Positions 53,633-63,513 are shown, numbered from the stretch's first letter. The stretch is DNA of 64,000 nt from Anaerolineae bacterium (GCA_034420635.1 DAOULD010000136.1:14372-78371); one strand, 5' to 3'. Notes: a model not told the origin generated them from the letters alone. Numbers and translations are program-made.

Positions 53633-54486
53633 GTCGTATGTATGCCTTCAAATGCCTGAATAAACTGGTCAAGTCGCTTACTTGCTTGGAAGCTGACCGC
53701 CTCCGAATCACGCGCCAGACCGATGCCCTTGAGATAGAGCGATTCGAATGCGCCGCCCGCCACAGTTTGCCAGCCGGCGCGTCCAGCTGCAATTGGCAGA
53801 ATCGGCGCCAGTGAACAGGCGCTCACAAAGACTTCGGACTCCGCTTTCACCTTGTCCCGCGCCAACACGCCGCCATAACCAATGAAGAGATCGACCTGTT
53901 CTTTGGTGGCAAGATCGCTTGCGCCGTCGCCGATCATGATGCGCCGCCCGGGAGTATCACCCGCCAGCTCGCTGATAATCTGCGACTTGCCTTTTGATAC
54001 CGTCAGCGGACCTTGATCGAAATCCAGATAGGTCTGCGCATGTTGGATCTGTGGCTCGTGATAGCGCCACCACTGCCCGGATAGTTCGTTGTATTCCAAT
54101 TCGACAGCGCGGATACGCGCGGCATCCACCCCCAGTCGCCGGCCGAAACCTTTCACGGCATCGATCAATCCGCCGCTGATGATGAAAACCTGCTTGCCCA
54201 GGTAATGGAGCGCCGCGATCACTTCGGCCGCGTCCTCGACCATGGTTTCCCAGTAGCGTTCCTCAATCGCCTTGAGTTGGGCGCGCGTGGGACGGATGGC
54301 GCGCAAACGTTTGCCATACACTTCGGCGAGATCAAGCTCGCCGTCCATGGCCTTGTTGGTCAGCAGGCCGACGCGGCCCCCCTTGCCTTTGAAGCGAGCC
54401 AGCTCGTCAATGCCCTCGATCCCCGACAAGGTGCTGTCGCAGTCGAAGAAGATCAGGTCGTAACTTTGCCAACCGGCGTCGGGCAT
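53629..54486 (-). CDS. HAD-IB family phosphatase (phosphoserine-phosphatase-like)
   Basis: 285 aa. Motif I is LIFFDCDSTLS, motif II is IISGG, and motif III is KGK...MIGDGASD. Its proximity to serA fits a phosphoserine phosphatase (SerB)-like role, which is an inference. Confidence 0.6.
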   Translation of the reverse strand: MPDAGWQSYDLIFFDCDSTLSGIEGIDELARFKGKGGRVGLLTNKAMDGELDLAEVYGKRLRAIRPTRAQLKAIEERYWETMVEDAAEVIAALHYLGKQVFIISGGLIDAVKGFGRRLGVDAARIRAVELEYNELSGQWWRYHEPQIQHAQTYLDFDQGPLTVSKGKSQIISELAGDTPGRRIMIGDGASDLATKEQVDLFIGYGGVLARDKVKAESEVFVSACSLAPILPIAAGRAGWQTVAGGAFESLYLKGIGLARDSEAVSFQASKRLDQFIQAFEGIHTT

Positions 54487-54631
54487 ATTTCAATCCTCAG
54501 CAGCCGCCAGAACACCATCATTATATCCGCGAGAACAGATATATGAACAGCGCTATACCAGGTATCTTGATCCGATTTGATCAGCCATAGCGCTAGCCTG
54601 TTGTCCGGAACTTAAGGACTTGTAACCCCGC

Positions 54632-54693
54632 TTGAATCCCGCCCCTGTCTGTCCTATAATCGACCGCTAGTTTTGGACGTTCCTGTATCCAAA
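54632..54693 (+). promoter_or_regulatory. Near-consensus promoter plus palindromic candidate TetR operator
   Basis: TTGAAT (54632-54637), a 17-nt spacer, then TATAAT (54655-54660). Immediately downstream lies the 6-10-6 inverted repeat TTTGGA-N10-TCCAAA (54672-54693). Confidence 0.5.
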
Positions 54694-55383
54694 TGCGGAA
54701 GAAGGAGCCAACGTTTGGCGCGGAAACCTGCGGACCAATCTGTAGATCGCGAGGATATTCTTTGGGCAGCGGCTGAAGTGCTGCGGCGCAAGGGTTACGA
54801 TGCCACGACCATGAAAGATATCGCTGCCCAGGTAAATCTAACCGCCGCCAGCTTATATCATCATTTCAAGAACAAAGATTTCTTGCTCCTGAGCGTGCTG
54901 GAGGTCGGGCATGAATTGGCGACGGCAAGGCTGGAGCGCATCGTCGACTCGGATATGTCTCCCAGCGAAAAGTTCGCTGCCATGGTTCGCTCGCATATCG
55001 TCAGCATCAGCGAGAACGTCGCCGTTAGCGCGGCAATGGTCTTTGAGATACGGGCGCTGCTCAATGTGAATCAAGGTACCAGGAATGGCAAACGCAAGTT
55101 TCATGAAGAATATGTCGAGCGGCGCAACCATTTCTTTGAGCGCCGCGACTATTTTGAGAGTTTGTTTCACGATACGTTGGCTGCTGGTATTGAAGCTGGG
55201 GAGTTTCGTCCGGTCGATGCGGCAATCGTAACCAAGACCATCCTGGGCGCGCACAACTGGATCGGCGTCTGGTACCGCGAGGGCGGGCGGCTCACTGGCG
55301 ACGAAGTGGCGGATGTGATGGCCGACTTTTTTATGTCGGCGTTGCGCCGCGAGGTAAGCAAGTCAAGTCCCCTTGGCGAATAG
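54673..55383 (+). CDS. TetR/AcrR family transcriptional regulator (likely fatty-acid degradation repressor)
   Basis: It has an HTH region, ILWAAAEVLRRKGYDATTMKDIAAQVNLTAASLYHHFKNKD. The longest ORF starts at TTG 54673. TTG 54715, preceded by GAAGGAG, is an alternative start. Confidence 0.8.
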   Translation: MDVPVSKCGRRSQRLARKPADQSVDREDILWAAAEVLRRKGYDATTMKDIAAQVNLTAASLYHHFKNKDFLLLSVLEVGHELATARLERIVDSDMSPSEKFAAMVRSHIVSISENVAVSAAMVFEIRALLNVNQGTRNGKRKFHEEYVERRNHFFERRDYFESLFHDTLAAGIEAGEFRPVDAAIVTKTILGAHNWIGVWYREGGRLTGDEVADVMADFFMSALRREVSKSSPLGE

Positions 55384-55426
55384 CTCGGTTTGGCCGTTTT
55401 CCCGACCATCAGAAAGAAGGCAACAG

Positions 55427-56131
55427 GTGCAAAGAATCCTCATCACAGGCTCGAATCGAGGCATTGGCCTTGAATTAGTTCGCCAATACGTGGGTGACGG
55501 CGATGTCCGCTTGTTTGCTACCTGCCGCAATCCGGACAAGGCGCAGCAACTGCAAGAATTGGCAGATCTTTATGCTGGCCTGCTCCACGTCCTGCAAATG
55601 GATATTACTGATGAAAACTCGATCGCGGCCGCCGCGGCCGCTGTTGCGGCAAAGGTTGACGGACTGGACCTGCTCATCAACAACGCTGGCATTGGCGGCG
55701 ACGACCACGCCCGAATCATGGGGCAACTGACGGCATCTGAGGTTGGCAGAGTCATCACGACGAATGCCGTGAGTCCGCTGATTGTCACGCAGGCTTTTCG
55801 CGGTTTATTGAAGCGCGGATTGAACCCGCGCGTCGTGATGATCTCCTCCGGCATGGGCTCGCTGCAGCGGGCGGACGGCCGTTCGTACGCCTATCGCATG
55901 AGCAAGGCGGCGATGAACATGGCGGCAAGAGTCCTGGCATTTGATGACGCGCTGGCCGGCGTCACGTCGGCGTCCGTCAATCCTGGCTGGGTTCAAACGG
56001 ACATGGGCGGACCAAAGGCCGCGCTCACACCGGAAGAGTCGGCGAGCGCGTTGCGCGCCCTGTTCAAACGGTTGACGCCCGCCGACAATGGCAAGTTCTT
56101 TCAGTACGACGGCAGCGAGCTGCCTTGGTAA
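55427..56131 (+). CDS. Short-chain dehydrogenase/reductase (SDR)
   Basis: The ORF track starts at TTG 55373. GTG 55427 (VQRILITGSNRGIG) is preceded by AGAAGG. Motifs: TGxxxGIG, NNAG, and YxxxK (YRMSKAA). Confidence 0.8.
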   Translation: MQRILITGSNRGIGLELVRQYVGDGDVRLFATCRNPDKAQQLQELADLYAGLLHVLQMDITDENSIAAAAAAVAAKVDGLDLLINNAGIGGDDHARIMGQLTASEVGRVITTNAVSPLIVTQAFRGLLKRGLNPRVVMISSGMGSLQRADGRSYAYRMSKAAMNMAARVLAFDDALAGVTSASVNPGWVQTDMGGPKAALTPEESASALRALFKRLTPADNGKFFQYDGSELPW

Positions 56132-56185
56132 GCGTTGCCGCTGCAAAGCGAGAGCGGGAATCAGGATCGAAAGGCGATAGCGTAA

Positions 56186-58573
56186 ATGGGACGGCAAATC
56201 AAGAAGGCGGCGGTCATCGGTTCCGGCACGATGGGCGGCGGTATTGCAGCGCTTCTCGCGGGCGTCGGCATTGAAACGCTGCTGCTGGATATCCCGCCGG
56301 GTGACAGCTCGCCCGAGGACAGCGCAAGGGTCCGCAACGCGATTGTCAACGGGAATTTGAAATCATTACAGAAAATGCGCCCGGCGCAGCTCTACAGCCC
56401 GGCTGATCTGGCGAACATTCGCGTCGGCAACATCGAGGACGATCTGGAAAAGGTGGCTAACGCCGACTGGGTAGTCGAAGCGATCGTCGAAGTCCTCGAC
56501 ATCAAGCGCATGCTCATGGCGCGTCTGGTCGAATGCGTCAAGGACGATGCGGTCGTCAGCAGCAATACCTCCGGCATTCCCATTCACCAAATCGTCGCGG
56601 GTTTGCCGGGGGGCTTCGCGCGGCGCTTCCTGGGAACGCATTTCTTCAATCCCCCGCGTTACCTGCGGCTGCTGGAAATCATCCCGCACGCCGGTACCGA
56701 TCCCGCCATCGTCGACTTCATGATGCGCTTCGGCGCTGATGTTTTGGGCAAGGGCACGGTCCGCTGCAAGGATACCCCCAACTTCATCGGCAATCGCTTC
56801 ATGTCGCTTTCGGGCATGCAAGCGACCAATTACGCGCTGGATCACGGCTATACCGTCGAAGAAGTGGATGCCTTGACTGGTCCGCTGATCGGTCGCCCAA
56901 AGACCGCCACCTTCAATCTGAACGATCTGGTGGGCTTTGACATCGCGGTGGGGGTGGCGCGCAATCTTTATGAAGCCATTCCCGATGATCCGGCGCGGGA
57001 GATATTGACGCACCGAAAGAATGCCGAACTTTCGGACAAGCTGCTGGAACGCGGATGGCTGGGACGTAAGACCGGCAGAGGCTTTTATCACATGCGGCGC
57101 GACGGCGGCAAAAAGGAATTGTGGGCGCTCAACCTCGATACGCTGGAATACGAGCCGCCCAGCAAGCCGCGATTCGATAGCGTAGGTCAGTACCGCAAAG
57201 TTGAGCCGCTGGGCGAACGCATACGGCTGCTGATCAACGCCGATGACCGCGCGGGAAAGTACCTCTATCATTTGCACGCCTTTTTGCTGGCGTATGCCTC
57301 GCAGCGCGTGCCGGAAATCACCGACACCATTGTCAACATTGACAACGCGCAGAAATGGGGTTTCGCGCACCAAATGGGCCCCTTCGAAATCTGGGACGCC
57401 ATCGGCGTCGCCTCAACCGTCGATCGCTTTGAGACCGACGGTTATCCGGTGGCGGATTGGGTCAGGGACATGCTCGCCGCCGGCCACGCCAGCTTTTATC
57501 AACGAGACGACGGCGGGAAAATTATCGGCTATTACAGTCCGCAGGTTCGCACTTATCAGCCACTCCTCAAAGATCCGCGGGAGATCACCGTTGCCGACTT
57601 GCGCGCGTCCGGCGCCGAAGTTTACAGCAATGGCGACGGAAACATCTACGACATGGGCGACGGCGCTTTACTCTGGGAATTCAACACCAAGCAGAACAGC
57701 ATCACCCCCGGCTTGATCGAATCGGGCTGGAAGGCGTTGGACCTGCTGGATTCGCCCCAATACCGAGCCTTGGTCATTGGCAATGACGGCGAGCGCTTTT
57801 CCATCGGCGCCAACCTTGATCCATCGGCTTTAATGGCTGGACTTGAAGGCATCGAAAAAGCGCTGGTCTCCCTGCAAGATCTGACGAATGCGCTTCGCTA
57901 TGCGCCCAAGCCGGTCGTTGTAGCAGCGCATAATATGGCGCTGGGCGGTGGCGCGGAACTGGTGATGTCCGGCAGCGCGGTCGTGGCGTATGTCGAGCTT
58001 TACATGGGACTGGTCGAGGTTGGCGTCGGCTTGGTTCCGGCGGGCGGCGGCTGCAAGGAGTTGGTTCGACGGCTGGTGAATCCGCTGGCGACTGCCGGCT
58101 CGGACGATGTCTTGGCGGGCTTGCAGAAAGCCTTCGAGACCATCGCCACCGCCAAGGTCAGCGGCAGCGCCAAAGAAGCGCAATCGCTCGGCTTCCTGGC
58201 AGCATCTGATAAGATTGTCATGAACAGATCGCATTTGCTGGGCGAAGCGAAGGCGCTGGCGCTGGCATTGAGCGAGACCTATCGGCAGCGCAAGCCGGAA
58301 GCGGTCTATGCCGCGGGGCGTGACGCCTACGCGGCGCTCTTGCTCGGCGTGGCGGGTTTCCAGGAAGCCGGATATGCCAGCGAACACGACGCCTTGATCG
58401 CGCGCAAGCTGGCGTACATTCTTACCGGCGGGGCTTTGGCCGAGCCGCAGTGGGTCGCTCAGCAGTACCTGTTGAATTTGGAGCGTGAGGCTTTTTTGAG
58501 CTTGATCATGGAGACGAAGACGCAGGAGCGCATCATGCACATGCTGCAGACGAATAAACCCTTGCGGAATTGA
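56186..58573 (+). CDS. fadN: Bifunctional 3-hydroxyacyl-CoA dehydrogenase / enoyl-CoA hydratase (FadN-type)
   Basis: 795 aa. The N-terminal NAD motif is AAVIGSGTMGGGIAALLA, with GTHFFNPP. The C-terminal crotonase-like region reads ALVIGNDGERFSIGANLD...GGGAELV. Confidence 0.85.
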   Translation: MGRQIKKAAVIGSGTMGGGIAALLAGVGIETLLLDIPPGDSSPEDSARVRNAIVNGNLKSLQKMRPAQLYSPADLANIRVGNIEDDLEKVANADWVVEAIVEVLDIKRMLMARLVECVKDDAVVSSNTSGIPIHQIVAGLPGGFARRFLGTHFFNPPRYLRLLEIIPHAGTDPAIVDFMMRFGADVLGKGTVRCKDTPNFIGNRFMSLSGMQATNYALDHGYTVEEVDALTGPLIGRPKTATFNLNDLVGFDIAVGVARNLYEAIPDDPAREILTHRKNAELSDKLLERGWLGRKTGRGFYHMRRDGGKKELWALNLDTLEYEPPSKPRFDSVGQYRKVEPLGERIRLLINADDRAGKYLYHLHAFLLAYASQRVPEITDTIVNIDNAQKWGFAHQMGPFEIWDAIGVASTVDRFETDGYPVADWVRDMLAAGHASFYQRDDGGKIIGYYSPQVRTYQPLLKDPREITVADLRASGAEVYSNGDGNIYDMGDGALLWEFNTKQNSITPGLIESGWKALDLLDSPQYRALVIGNDGERFSIGANLDPSALMAGLEGIEKALVSLQDLTNALRYAPKPVVVAAHNMALGGGAELVMSGSAVVAYVELYMGLVEVGVGLVPAGGGCKELVRRLVNPLATAGSDDVLAGLQKAFETIATAKVSGSAKEAQSLGFLAASDKIVMNRSHLLGEAKALALALSETYRQRKPEAVYAAGRDAYAALLLGVAGFQEAGYASEHDALIARKLAYILTGGALAEPQWVAQQYLLNLEREAFLSLIMETKTQERIMHMLQTNKPLRN

Positions 58574-58594
58574 GCTAGCAAGAAAGGATTTACC

Positions 58595-59779
58595 ATGCGC
58601 CAGGCAGTCATAGTCGCAACTTCACGCACAGCGGTCGGCAAGGCGCTGCGCGGCAGCACCAAGAACGCCCGTTCGGACGACATGGCGGCGACGGTCATCG
58701 CCGACCTGCTCGACAAGACCGAAGGCAAGCTTGATCCTGCCGATATCGACGACGTGATCATGGGTTGCGCCATGCCGGAGGGATCGCAGGGCATGAACTT
58801 CGCGCGCGTGATCGCCTTGCGCGCCGGATTGCCGGTCGATACTCCCGGGCAAACAGTCAATCGCTTCTGCTCCAGCGGTTTGCAGACTATCGCCCTGGCT
58901 GCCAACAGCATCATCGCCGACCAGGCGGATGTTGTGATCGCGGGCGGCGCCGAATCGATGTCCTCCGTGCCGATGACCGGGCATCACTTAAGCCCGAATC
59001 CTCACATGGCGGAAAACGATCCCAATGTCTATATGAGCATGGGGCTGACCGCTGAGCGGGTCGTCAGCGAATTCGGCATTGATCGCGAAGACATGGATCG
59101 ATTCGCATACGAAAGTCATCGCAAGGCAGCCGCCGCTACCGACGCGGGAATTTTCGCCGAAGAGATCGTGCCCTTCGCCTGGGAAGAGACCGTCGTCGGC
59201 GACGATGGTATGCCCGCCACAATAACCAAAGTCCTTGACCAAGACGAACATCTTCGCCGCGAAACCACAATGGAAGCGCTTGCCGGACTCAAGCCGGTCT
59301 TCAAAGCGAAGGGATCGGTGACCGCCGGCAATTCCAGCCCCTTGAGCGACGGCGCGGCCGCGGTAGTCGTCATGGACAGGGAAAAGGCCGAAAACTTGGG
59401 TTTGAGGCCCCTGGCTCGATTTGTAGGATTCTCAGTCGCTGGCGTCCGGCCGGAGATCATGGGCGTTGGTCCCATCAAAGCGGTGCCAAAGGCGCTGAAA
59501 CGATGTGGCATGACGCTCGACGATATTGATGTTATCGAGCTGAACGAAGCATTTGCTTCGCAGTCGCTGGCGGTCATGCGCGAATTGGAACTGAATCCGG
59601 AAATCGTCAACGTCAATGGCGGGGCGATCGCTCTCGGTCATCCTCTGGGATGTACCGGCGCCAAGCTGACGGTGCAGCTCATCAACGAGATGAAACGGCG
59701 CGGTAGCAACTATGGCATGGTCACGATGTGCATTGGCGGTGGCATGGGCGCGGCCGGCATCTTCCAGAACCTCAACTAG
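58595..59779 (+). CDS. fadA: Acetyl-CoA C-acyltransferase (3-ketoacyl-CoA thiolase)
   Basis: 394 aa. The active-site Cys region is VNRFCSSGLQ, with NEAFASQ, GAIALGHPLGCTGAKL and CIGGGMG. Confidence 0.9.
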   Translation: MRQAVIVATSRTAVGKALRGSTKNARSDDMAATVIADLLDKTEGKLDPADIDDVIMGCAMPEGSQGMNFARVIALRAGLPVDTPGQTVNRFCSSGLQTIALAANSIIADQADVVIAGGAESMSSVPMTGHHLSPNPHMAENDPNVYMSMGLTAERVVSEFGIDREDMDRFAYESHRKAAAATDAGIFAEEIVPFAWEETVVGDDGMPATITKVLDQDEHLRRETTMEALAGLKPVFKAKGSVTAGNSSPLSDGAAAVVVMDREKAENLGLRPLARFVGFSVAGVRPEIMGVGPIKAVPKALKRCGMTLDDIDVIELNEAFASQSLAVMRELELNPEIVNVNGGAIALGHPLGCTGAKLTVQLINEMKRRGSNYGMVTMCIGGGMGAAGIFQNLN

Positions 59780-59787
59780 CGGCAGCT

Positions 59788-60045
59788 TTACGGCAGCATG
59801 TTGGCCGCCGGCAAGGGCAATCTGAATTCTACAGTTGTCCCGCGTCCAAGTCCCTCGCTTTTGACGTCAATAGCGCCGCCATGCGCTTCAATGATCGCGC
59901 GGACGATATCTAGTCCCAATCCTCTTCCGCGACTGCGGGATTGATCTGTCCGGTAGAATCGCTTGAAGATATGCGGCAAATCAGCCGGATCAATTCCCAG
60001 GCCATCATCCTTTTGCTCATTTGAAACAGTACCAGTATAACCCAA
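59788..60045 (-). pseudogene. Remnant of a sensor histidine kinase (HATPase_c C-terminal ~85 aa only)
   Basis: The G1/F/G2 boxes are present: DDGLGIDPADLPHIFKRFYRTD...GLGLDIVRAIIEAHGG. There is no HisKA H-box or N-box. An in-frame stop lies 8 codons upstream of the TTG start (60070-60072), and no recognisable kinase sequence appears in 60046-60440. Confidence 0.6.
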
Positions 60046-60443
60046 GCCTATACACTTAGCGGGTTTGGTTCAAGGTTGGAGGAAGACTCGGTTAGCGCCC
60101 TTGATCTCCCTCAGCCGCCGCTGTGACTCACTGCTTGCGCCCCCTGCTTCGGACGTTTCGGACTCCCGCCCAAATACGGGTCCGACTGTATGCGCCGATC
60201 ATGGCGATGCTGGCGCTCCCGAGTTTGTTCTTCTTCATGTCTGCACCTCAACTTTCTGAACTTGTTCGGTTTTGCTGAGGAATTATCTCCTCATTACCCG
60301 CAGGCTAGCGATGAAATGTCGCAGAATTATCTCAGTTCCCGAGCAATTCGCCGGCGCTTCGGACGTATCGTTATTTTCTTTATGGGTCTACACTGGAGGG
60401 CATAGCTTTTCGAGCGCATTGATAGGGTTACCCGGGGCGGAGA

Positions 60444-61211
60444 ATGTCAGCGTTTTATACGAGAGTGGCGCGCTTCTACGATGCGGAGAACAGTGACAAA
60501 ACGGATGATTTGCAACTCTATAGCGAACTCGCCGAGGAGAACAAAGGCGATATCCTTGATGTCGGCTGTGGCACCGGTCGCGTACTGTTTCACCTGGCGC
60601 AGCAAGGGCATCGAGTCCATGGCATCGATAATGATCGCGCCATGCTGGACCGGCTTGAACGCAACCTGGAACAGGCGGCGCTGCTTGATGAAAAGATCAG
60701 CGCCATCCATGCTGATGTCTTGAAACATGAGTATCAATCGCGTTTCGCCTTGATCCTGTTGACCTATAACGTACTGATGCACTTTCACGAGCAAGACCAG
60801 CAGATCGCGCTGCTAGGCAAGCTGCGTCGCTGGCTTGCGGACGATGGCTTGTTGATCATTGATCTGCCCAACGCGGGTCCCGCATTCGCATCGCCAGATA
60901 CCGAGGCGCCCACGTTGGAACGAACCTTTCTGGATCCGGAAACGGGCCACATGATTATGCTGCAATCTGTCAGCTTCATCGACCGCGCGCAGCAACTGCT
61001 GCATGTCGACTGGATCTACGACATAATCGATGGCGATGGCAGCGTTAAGAGGCTGTTCGCGCCACACAAACTTCGCTACTTTTTCCTGGCTGAACTCAAA
61101 CTGCTTTTGGAACGCTGCGGTCTTGGGCTGGCGGCAGTCTACGGCGATACCGGCCGCGGAGATTACACATCCGAAAGCGAACGAATGATCGTCTTTGCCA
61201 ATGCAGTCTGA
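60444..61211 (+). CDS. Class I SAM-dependent methyltransferase
   Basis: 255 aa. Motif I is ILDVGCGTGRVLFHLAQQG, followed by HGIDND, with an acidic post-I region and LIIDLPN. Confidence 0.8.
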   Translation: MSAFYTRVARFYDAENSDKTDDLQLYSELAEENKGDILDVGCGTGRVLFHLAQQGHRVHGIDNDRAMLDRLERNLEQAALLDEKISAIHADVLKHEYQSRFALILLTYNVLMHFHEQDQQIALLGKLRRWLADDGLLIIDLPNAGPAFASPDTEAPTLERTFLDPETGHMIMLQSVSFIDRAQQLLHVDWIYDIIDGDGSVKRLFAPHKLRYFFLAELKLLLERCGLGLAAVYGDTGRGDYTSESERMIVFANAV

Positions 61212-61221
61212 GCGCCTCGCG

Positions 61222-62085
61222 ATGATATCGTTAACTCGCCAGGGATCCTCCCTTTGCCGTTGTTTTCTATTTCTCTGTATCACGGCACTGGTTGCAGGAT
61301 GCATGCTGACGGAGGTCAATCCAAGAAGATCTGCGCCGACGGCAATGCCTTTACCGCCGCGGCCAGTTGCCGAACCGACGACCGAGATATTATCGTCTGA
61401 AGAACTTTATAGGGACGACGCGAGCGTCATTGGACGCACGGACCCGAGTTTCGCCTCCTTGCCTGTCGACGCGGTACTTCCGCCAGCGCCTTTAGGGGAT
61501 TCCACGCGTCGCGTCAAGGTCGTTTTGGAAGACGGCTCCGTTTTAGAAGGCGAACGCTACGGTTTCAGCGTGTTGCGCCAGCCGGGAATACTGATATTGA
61601 GTCGGGACGTTTCCAATTGGCGTCCGCTGACCAAACGCTTGGCGGAGCGGGGGTTTGTCGTCTTGGTCCTCGAAACCGGCGGTTGGTTGGAAGCGCATCA
61701 CCTGACGACAATATTGCGCTCCCTGACCGCCATCAGCAAGGTAGACGCGGGCTGGATTGCCATTATTGGCGCGGAACGCTCCGCCGACCTGGCGCTGCTC
61801 GGCTGCGCTGTCAACGAATTGTGCGACGCTGCCGCGCTCCTCAGCCCCTTGTCCCGGGATACATTGCTGAACATGCTGTTGAGCTATGGCGCGCGACCGC
61901 TCTGGCTGGCTGCGGCAAGGGACGATGCCGAAGCCCATGCCGCGGCTCGGGCGCTGGCGCGCTCCGCCTCTGGCGAGGCGCAGCTACTCGAATTCGATCG
62001 GGGCAGAGGTGTAGAATTGCTGGTCAATCAACCCGAAATCGTGGACCAACTGGCGGAGTGGCTGTCATTGAATCTTGGCGGCTGA
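61222..62085 (+). CDS. Putative lipoprotein with an alpha/beta-hydrolase-like fold and no clear nucleophile elbow
   Basis: The ORF track starts at 61195. ATG 61222 gives a signal peptide with the lipobox LVAGC. FVVLVLETGG...IAIIGAERSADLAL...LWLAAARDD resembles a dienelactone-hydrolase-like topology, but GxSxG is absent. Confidence 0.4.
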   Translation: MISLTRQGSSLCRCFLFLCITALVAGCMLTEVNPRRSAPTAMPLPPRPVAEPTTEILSSEELYRDDASVIGRTDPSFASLPVDAVLPPAPLGDSTRRVKVVLEDGSVLEGERYGFSVLRQPGILILSRDVSNWRPLTKRLAERGFVVLVLETGGWLEAHHLTTILRSLTAISKVDAGWIAIIGAERSADLALLGCAVNELCDAAALLSPLSRDTLLNMLLSYGARPLWLAAARDDAEAHAAARALARSASGEAQLLEFDRGRGVELLVNQPEIVDQLAEWLSLNLGG

Positions 62086-62137
62086 AGCCGATTAAAGGGG
62101 CAGCCGGTTGGCTGTCTCTCATCTAATAGATCGCGTC

Positions 62138-62215
62138 GCTCATGCAAGGAAAGGACTTGTTATTTTGCGTGAGCGCGACATTCTTGTGGACAATTCGCCG
62201 GTTACGCGCCGAGCG
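62138..62215 (+). repeat. ~80-nt interspersed intergenic repeat, copy B (forward on the plus strand)
   Basis: GCTCATGCAAG-22nt-GAGCGCGACATTCTTGTGGACAATTCGCCGGTTACGCGCCGAGCG. It ends 15 nt before the probable M20 start codon. Confidence 0.8.
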
Positions 62216-62230
62216 GCTGAAAGGGGAAAG

Positions 62231-63370
62231 ATGTCGGAATTGCTCAATTATTTCGCAGATCGTACAGAATCCATGCTAGACGCGCTGACGGAGATGGTCA
62301 GGCGCGAGTCCTTCACGCGCGAGAAGGCGCAGGTCGACCGGCTCGTCGACTGGATGGGTGAGCGGTTCCAAGCCATGAAGGCCGATTCGATCCTCCGCTA
62401 TCCGCAGGAAACATGCGGCGACTTTTTGCTGGCCAAGTGGAACGCGGACGCGCCCGGCAAGCCATTCCTTTTCTTGGTCCACGTCGATACCGTGCATCCG
62501 ATCGGATCGCTGGAAACCATGCCGATCAAGATCGAGGACGGACGCTATTATGGTCCCGGCTCACTTGATATGAAGGGCGGCACGGTCATTGCTCTGGAGG
62601 CCATCGACGGTTTGAGGAAGCGAAGCCAGTTGCCGGCTCGTCCTATTCTCTTTTTGGTGACCACGGAAGAAGAAATCGGCAGCCCCGTTTCCGAACCGCT
62701 GATCAAGCGACTGGCAGCGCATAGCGAACTTGTGCTAGTGATGGAGCCAGCAACCAAAGAAGGCACGATCAAAACCTGGCGCAAGGGCGGCGGCAAATAC
62801 GAGTTGATCGTGAAAGGGAGGGCGGCGCACGCCGGCATCGCGCCACAGGAAGGCATTAACGCCATCATTGAATTTGCGCAGCAGGCTCTGGAAATCAATC
62901 GGCTGAACGATCTCAAGTATGGCACATCAGTCTCGATTACTGTGGTAGAGGGAGGCTCCGCCGGCAACGTGATTCCGGCGCGGGTCGAAGCTCATATTGA
63001 TACGCGCGTCATGACCATCGACGCGATGAATAGCCTGCACGACGCGCTTACCAGTCTCTATCCCAAGATGCCCGGCGCAAAGGTGATTTGCAGGCGGCAC
63101 GGGCATCGCCCGCCCATGGAACGTCGCTCGGGCTTGTTTGAAAAGGCGAGGTCCATTGGCGACAAGCACGGGATAACAATATTCGAAGGCGGAACCGGCG
63201 GTGGCTCGGACGGCAATTTCACTGCGGCCATGGGCGTTCCCACGCTGGATGGCTTGGGCGCGCATGGCGATGGCGCGCATGCGCCCCACGAACACGTCAT
63301 TATCAGCAGCTTGCCGCGCCAGGCGGCATTGATCGCGGCGCTGCTCCTGGAGTGGAACGCCGAAGGCTGA
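62231..63370 (+). CDS. M20 family metallopeptidase (carboxypeptidase G2 / glutamate carboxypeptidase-like)
   Basis: The ORF track starts at 62108 and would read through repeat copy B. ATG 62231 (MSELLNYF) is preceded by GGGGAAAG. Motifs: LVHVDTVHP, GPGSLDMKGG, TTEEEIGS, and C-terminal GGGSDGNF. Confidence 0.8.
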   Translation: MSELLNYFADRTESMLDALTEMVRRESFTREKAQVDRLVDWMGERFQAMKADSILRYPQETCGDFLLAKWNADAPGKPFLFLVHVDTVHPIGSLETMPIKIEDGRYYGPGSLDMKGGTVIALEAIDGLRKRSQLPARPILFLVTTEEEIGSPVSEPLIKRLAAHSELVLVMEPATKEGTIKTWRKGGGKYELIVKGRAAHAGIAPQEGINAIIEFAQQALEINRLNDLKYGTSVSITVVEGGSAGNVIPARVEAHIDTRVMTIDAMNSLHDALTSLYPKMPGAKVICRRHGHRPPMERRSGLFEKARSIGDKHGITIFEGGTGGGSDGNFTAAMGVPTLDGLGAHGDGAHAPHEHVIISSLPRQAALIAALLLEWNAEG

Positions 63371-63513
63371 GCCTCATTGACCACATTTTGCGAGTCGTCA
63401 GTTGTTGCAATCGTACAAGGGACGTCGGCTATTCTTGGCGCATCTTCCCCGTTTTTGACGCGCGCGGCGACGCTAGAATTGCCGTGTTTATCAATTCAAA
63501 TTCTTTTCGCGCC

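Noticed and set aside
60335-60365. A possible fourth copy of the ~80-nt repeat, based on CAATTCGCCGG shared with copy B and a nearby AATGTCGC.
   Set aside because: The two matching pieces are in opposite relative orientations and the flanks do not align. It is probably a chance 11-mer or an unrecognisably decayed fragment.
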